Origin: Rhynchopus sp. YZ270_cl-10
Taxonomy: Eukaryota
Length of the DNA stretch: 64,000 nucleotides
Direction of reading: 5' to 3'
Assembly: GCA_964035575.1 (NCBI GenBank)
Contig: OZ037840.1
Location: 1,116,001-1,180,000 of the forward strand
The notes below the pieces were generated by a model. The model was not told where the DNA came from, did no database searches, and worked only from the letters and a program-made list of their open reading frames with translations. Position numbers and translations under genes: made by a program. Positions 57,599 to 64,000 of this stretch are shown here, one piece after another; position 1 is the first letter of the stretch, and each line of letters begins with the position of its first letter.

Positions 57599-58312
57599 AT
57601 GCAATACACAACACAACACAACCAAATAAGGGCTGTGTTCTGCGCAAGAATTACCCTCAGGCATCCACACAACAGAACACCCCTTTTGATTTCTTCTGTA
57701 CATTCAACGTGATGCTATAGCACCCTCCCTCTGATTCTTTCTCTTATGTCTGTCCGTGTGTGCCCTCTCCCGTGACCCCCTCCCTTCCCCTTCCCTTCAG
57801 TACTTTTACATCTGTTTTCCAATTTGTTGCCCTACCTCGTATTTCTTGAATTATTATTTGATGATGATTTCAATGCTTTGCATCAAGGTCCCAAGCTGAG
57901 AGGCTTAGGTAAACTAATCAACACTGTTTTCAGTGTGTGTTTGATATGCAATACACAACACAACACAACCAAATAAGGGCTGTGTTCTGCGCAAGAATTA
58001 CCCTCAAGGCATCCACACAACAGAACACCCCTTTTGATTTCTTCTGTACATTCAACGTGATGCTATAGCACCCTCCCCTCTGATTCTTTCCCCTCTGTCT
58101 GTCCGTGTGTGTCCTCTCTCGGGACCCCCTCCTGAGCCACTCCCCTCCTCCCTTCCCCTTCCCTTCAGTACTTTTACATCTGTTTTTCCAATTTTTTCAC
58201 CTACCTCGTATTTCTTGAATTATTTGACGATTATTTCAATGCTTTGCATCAAGGGCCCAAGCTGAGAGGCTTAGGTAAACCAATCAACACTGTTTTCAGT
58301 GTGTGTTTGATA
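57599..58312. repeat. Tandem duplication of a ~350-bp unit
   Basis: ATGCAATACACAACACAAC... starts at 57599 and 57946. Confidence 0.92.
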
Positions 58313-60803
58313 ACTAATAGGGGGTAATTCTGGCGAATATGGCCCCAAATGTGTGGGTGTGTTTTTTTTTTTTGTGGAATCCACAAAATAATTTGTGGAT
58401 CATCCGATGTTTCAAATTACAAAATAATATTTTTTTGAAATGTGACGTTCTGAACTTTTCTCGTTGTATGATATTAGATGTGAAACTGTCCGATGTGCAG
58501 TGCACTCCCCATTTGACAGGTCGGCTGGAAGTAGTTCCTACGCCTGTGCGTCGCTCAAGAAACTCGCACAATAATAATAAAAAGTGCTCACCATAAAATT
58601 GGTGAGGGTTTTGTTGCGCAAAGCTACGATTTAAGCTACGAATCTTTTTTCAAGGTTGACTAAGCATCTCCTTATACGCTCTCTTTTTTCTCATCTTCTT
58701 CTTCACCCCCCACTCCCACCCCCCTCCCCGCCCCTGCACTTTTCTTTTTACTTTTCTTTTTTCCAGCGTTTTTGGCGACATATTTTGCCTGAAAAATACC
58801 AGAAAATGAAACGCCTGCTTCAAATTTTTTGTTCAACTCTTCCACTCTTGATGTGTTAGACGATTCTGCTACAACTTCTCTCACGACTAGTGGGATATAG
58901 GTTTTAGATATCACGGCAGTCTTCTTGGTGTCACATGGACACTCTACCTCGTTTCCGCCTACGATATTGCCCTCCCGGCACTTCCCCTCCCAGTTTTCCT
59001 CGGCATCCTCTGGTCCTCTTTGTGGCCAAACGTACGCCGAGCATCTGCGAGAACTCCTTTTTTTTTTTACGGTGATTCAGCCCAGAGGGACTTCGGTTCA
59101 CCTTACAATCCGAAGATACATCTGTGGGTTGGTACGTCAATGGGAGGGGATGGGAGGGGAAGAGTTTAGTGGTTGTGTTTTGTGTCCTCACACCGCTGTC
59201 TCTGTTGAAGTAGAGGGCAGGTCGGGCTGGGTTTGACTCCAATGGTGAGGCGTATCTCGCTGTGCAGAGACAACGACTTTCCACCGCTCCCAGGAGCCCA
59301 TGCGGTCCGACATCGAACCACTCACCAGCAAAAGCAATGCATCTGCCTTACTCACGCGCTCGTCGCTCCATTTTTCAACCGTATTTTTGGGGCCCTTTCC
59401 GTTTTCCATATTTCATACATTGAAATCCCGGGGAGTCACGGGGAGTTTGGCAAAAAATCAAAAAAAACGAACTCCCCGTGAGTGTTTTTTTGGTTTCGAG
59501 AGTTTTCGAGAGTGTGTGTTTTTTTTTTTTTACGGAGAGTTTTCGCGATTAATCGCGACAAAATTCGCGATTAATCCCCGGGAGTAAAATCGCGATTTTT
59601 TGTAGCATTTTACCCCAAACACAACCGTGCACACCTGGTGCTATCCGCATCTGACCTGTGCCTACCTGGGCACACGTTCAGTCTACGTACTCACATTACA
59701 CCTACCGATTGATTCGCAAAATGCACCCACCACGACAGAGGGGTGATAAGCCTCGCGGCTTTAGGCGGCACAGTGGTGGCGGACATGAGCAAACGAGCCC
59801 ATAGGTCGATCACAAATGCGACGGGTTAATTCCGCGCTTGGGAATTATCCACACCTGTTTAAGATATAATTACGCTTAAATTACTCTGGGCGAAAAACGG
59901 TACACCATACCAGCAGGGAAGCATACCACCACATGTAAGCAGGGCTATTTTAAATATATGGGGATAAGGAACAAGAAAAGGGTGAAAACGGGTCGAGGCT
60001 TCCCGCCGCAGGCGGAAATTTTTAGATGCCGTGCACTTTTCCAGGTGGTTTGAAGAGTGATCTGACCATATTGTCCCAGTATAGTAGTACACCCAATAAA
60101 TCCATTGGAGAAGGACCATTGCACTTTTGACCACCACAGAATACATGTTGCCAGCCACACCACTAAAGTACAAAAACCCCCTCGGAACGTAGTGAGAGCT
60201 TGTGAAAAAATATCTCCCCGTCCATAGATGGCTCAGTTTTCGAGATTTTTTCATAAATTCGCGATTAATCGCAAATTTTTATTTTATAAATTGGAGAGTT
60301 TTCGAGAGTATTTTTTTTTAAATCGGGGAGTATTGGAGAGTTTTGGAGAGTTTTCGAGAGTTTTTCACAAACTCGCGATTAATCGCGAATTTTTTTTCTT
60401 TTTCTTTAATCGCTAAAATGGGGTGTCCCGGCGGTACCACACTAACACCCACTTACGCACACTTTCACCCCATTTCACCCCATTTCACCGAATTACACCC
60501 ACTTTCACCCCATTACACCCACTTACACCCACTTTCACCCCATTACGCCCCATTACACCCCATTACACATGAATTACAACGCCTTGGTGTTTTGGTCTTT
60601 ACTAAAGGGATGTGCGGACGACACCAAAAAAATTGAATTTTTTTGCGATATTTGGTGCTCCAAAAATTTGCCGGAACCGAAAATCGTGTAGTTTGGGGGT
60701 ATTGAGGCCAGAAAAAATTTGTGTGAATACATGAAAATATTCCTGATAGGGTGGCATTCGGCCAAAACATCAGCTGTTTTGGTCATTTTTGCCTTGTACA
60801 GTG

Positions 60804-61538
60804 CTGTGTACTGTGTACTGTGTACTGTGTACTGTGTACTGTGTACTGTGTACTGTGTACTGTGTACTGTGTACTGTGTACTGTGTACTGTGTACTGTGT
60901 ACTGTGTACTGTGTACTGTGTACTGTGTACTGTGTACTGTGTACTGTGTACTGTGTACTGTGTACTGTGTACTGTGTACTGTGTACTGTGTACTGTGTAC
61001 TGTGTACTGTGTACTGTGTACTGTGTACTGTGTACTGTGTACTGTGTACTGTGTACTGTGTACTGTGTACTGTGTACTGTGTACTGTGTACTGTGTACTG
61101 TGTACTGTGTACTGTGTACTGTGTACTGTGTACTGTGTACTGTGTACTGTGTACTGTGTACTGTGTACTGTGTACTGTGTACTGTGTACTGTGTACTGTG
61201 TACTGTGTACTGTGTACTGTGTACTGTGTACTGTGTACTGTGTACTGTGTACTGTGTACTGTGTACTGTGTACTGTGTACTGTGTACTGTGTACTGTGTA
61301 CTGTGTACTGTGTACTGTGTACTGTGTACTGTGTACTGTGTACTGTGTACTGTGTACTGTGTACTGTGTACTGTGTACTGTGTACTGTGTACTGTGTACT
61401 GTGTACTGTGTACTGTGTACTGTGTACTGTGTACTGTGTACTGTGTACTGTGTACTGTGTACTGTGTACTGTGTACTGTGTACTGTGTACTGTGTACTGT
61501 GTACTGTGTACTGTGTACTGTGTACTGTGTACTGTGTA
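60804..61538. repeat. (CTGTGTA)n microsatellite, ~105 units
   Basis: Perfect 7-bp tandem repeat. Confidence 0.98.
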
Positions 61539-61950
61539 GAAACACGGTAGAAACATGGGGAATCGGTTATGTAGCCACGCCAGTAAAAATTTAACACCGG
61601 TGGCACTGTACGCATAAGTGCATAGAAAAAATCGTAAAACAACGTGTAATCTGTGGTGGTCAAAAGTGCAAAATTCCTTCGGCAATGGTCAGCCAGGCAA
61701 ATTTATTTTTGCTCCACTCGCCAAAAAAAATTTTGTTGTCACCTTTTTTGGACTTTTCGTGTTGAAAAAACGGGGGGAAAACGCAAAAAAAGCAAAAAGT
61801 TTAAATTCCCTCCATTACACTCCATTACACCCCATTACGCCCCATTACACCTGAATTACGCCGTGCCCGGGACACCCCATAAAACTCTCGAAAACACCAG
61901 TGGAGAGTCTCCGCGACTCCCGGGGATTTCAATGTATGATATTGGAGGTA

Positions 61951-62086
61951 CCCTAACTGTTCGGTCCAATTCGGTGTAATTCGGTCCATTTCGTTTTTTT
62001 TTTTTTTTCGCAAAGGGAAATTTCCCCTTGTACCAGAAAAACCGAAAAAAACGAAATGAAAACCGAAAAAAACCGAAATGTTAGGG
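61951..62086. mobile_element. MITE CCCTAAC...GTTAGGG, second copy
   Basis: Matches 13653-13767 with a small internal duplication. Confidence 0.8.
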
Positions 62087-62760
62087 TACCTTTTTTCACG
62101 GATGCTGCCAGATCTGGCCAGATCTCCAGATCTGGGCCTCCCAGATCTGGCCAGATCTGGAAATTTTTTTTTTTTTTTTGAAAAAAAAAATTTTCCCAGA
62201 CGTCCCAGATCTGGCCAGATCTGGCCAAATCTGGGAGATCTGGGACGTCTGGGAAAATTTTTTTTTCCAGGTACCCCAATGACATAACGAAGTATCGCTT
62301 GAAGTACCGTTCAATATACGTTGCTCGTGTGTGCAAGTTACGAAGTAGGACACACAAGGTATATCAAACGATAAATCAATCAGATAAACGTTACATCATT
62401 GGAAAATTGTTGGCACCGCCCCCTGTCTTCGTATTTATTACGTCGACAGGCCAAACAGCGTTGGGCTCAGAAGAAGCAGTGCAAAACACTGGGGATCAAC
62501 ATGAGAACCAACTCCCAACAACACAGGCTACCGAAGTAGCAGGTGGGGTGTTGCGGGTGTTTGGGGTGAAAGAAAATCGATTTTGGTAAGTTACAGCAGA
62601 AAATTCTTAAGTTTGCACAATTGAGAAGGGTGTTACCACTGCCTAATATTATTCGTACATGTGAACCGGTAAGGTCGAGAAGGGTGGACACGGCATACAA
62701 GTACAAGTACAAGTAAGACGTACCTTCTACAAAGGCTGAATTCGCAATTCTTAAGGGATT

Positions 62761-63674
62761 GAATTCAGCCCCCACGTGGTGTTTTTGAGAAAATCATTCC
62801 ATGGTATACAGCTAATGGTTCCCGAAGAATGATTCGCCCCTCCTCGTTCATGCAAACTTAAGAAAATTCTGAAGTAACTACAACCTGGCGTGCGGGTACA
62901 GATGCATTGCTTTGTTCTTTCCTCAAAGTCATGTGTGATCTCTCGGGTCTGTACTAAAGTCAGTAATTCCCTGAGAGCATCGTAGGGTATGGTTTCTTTA
63001 CTCAAACCTCTGAAAAAAAAGCCCGGATTTTTCTTATCAACACAGCGGAGGAGAAAAAAAAAAATGCAAAAAAAAAAAACTAAAAACTCTCTTTTCAAGA
63101 CTGTTCTGGCTTTTTTTTTCATTCATTTTCCGTCCAATAATATACGATACACAACAGCTTCTCCCCATTCACACAGAGGGATAGTTTCGATCTCAAAAAA
63201 AAACTGCAAGGTGGCTTTTCTCTATCGCAAAACCCTCTCCCCCTTATCCCTTTATATCATCCCCAAAAACCCCCAAATTAGAATATCCCACCTAACCGAA
63301 CCGATCGATGTGTGTTTGCAACCTTTTTATTTTTTTTATTTTTCTTTGCTCTCAAACACGTCTGTGGAGCCACAAGGTGCCACCCCATTTGACTCCCTTC
63401 GACACTGGGCAACCTGCGTGGAGGGAATACTCGTCCAGCGAAAAGTCGGGGCGCATATCGTAGAATCGAAGAATTCAGCCCCCACGTGGTGTTTTTGAGA
63501 AAATCATTCCATGGTATACAGCTAATGGTTCCCGAAGAATGATTCGCCCCTCCTCGTTCATGCAAACTTAAGAAAATTCTGAAGTAACTACAACCTGGCG
63601 TGCGGGTACAGATGCATTGCTTTGTTCTTTCCTCAAAGTCATGTGTGATCTCTCGGGTCTGTACTAAAGTCAGT
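62761..63674. repeat. 204-bp direct repeats 710 bp apart (62761-62964, 63471-63674)
   Basis: GAATTCAGCCCCCACGTGG ... GTACTAAAGTCAGT, essentially identical in both copies. Confidence 0.9.
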
Positions 63675-64000
63675 GTTTAGATAAGCATCCACTTGACTCG
63701 TTCTAACAACCGTTGAAATCTAGAACAAAACAATACACTGCCCCTTCTCACACCAAGCCGCCATGCTTCAAGAGCATGCCCTGGGCAAAAATTACTCTGA
63801 CAAAAATTGGTTTTCTGGGGGAACGCAATATTTTCTTGTGCCTAGTCCTCCGCAAGAGCAGAGGACAGACTTTCCGGATCCCGAAGTCGAATTTCTTGCA
63901 CTAGCTATGCTCCCTGGATTAAATGGCTATAGCAGTGACTGACTAAGAGTTTCATAATAATTAGGGTGGTCTATGGGGGTGGGTTAATGGAAAAGTTGGT

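Noticed and set aside
60447..60570. Telomere-like C-rich repeats
   Set aside because: Degenerate ~10-mers (TTACACCCCA) also present at 61813-61850 as part of a dispersed repeat; not TTAGGG arrays.
60574..61685. ORFs with YCVLCTV/STQYTVH repeats
   Set aside because: Translation of the 7-bp microsatellite.

Overview
Eukaryotic nuclear DNA, probably euglenozoan (diplonemid-like). This is inferred from the SSU rRNA fragments and from intronless, co-oriented genes preceded by polypyrimidine-AG acceptors, and has not been verified. The window holds a + strand cluster of membrane receptors ending in class III nucleotide-cyclase-like domains that lack the canonical catalytic residues. Family A (TM, ectodomain, TM, HAMP, cyclase-like) has three copies, one cut by the window edge. 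Family B (signal peptide, degenerate 5'-nucleotidase ectodomain, Cys-rich repeat, TM, HAMP-like linker, cyclase-like) has three full copies plus a 5' fragment fused in front of an A copy. The B genes are domain-swapped mosaics around a nearly invariant ~230-bp linker. The spacers are filled with nested MITEs, hAT remnants, satellites and short rRNA fragments. They also contain a 2.6-kb non-coding element bounded by direct repeats, with a hammerhead-like motif and covarying RNA hairpins, plus two dispersed structured-RNA-like motifs.
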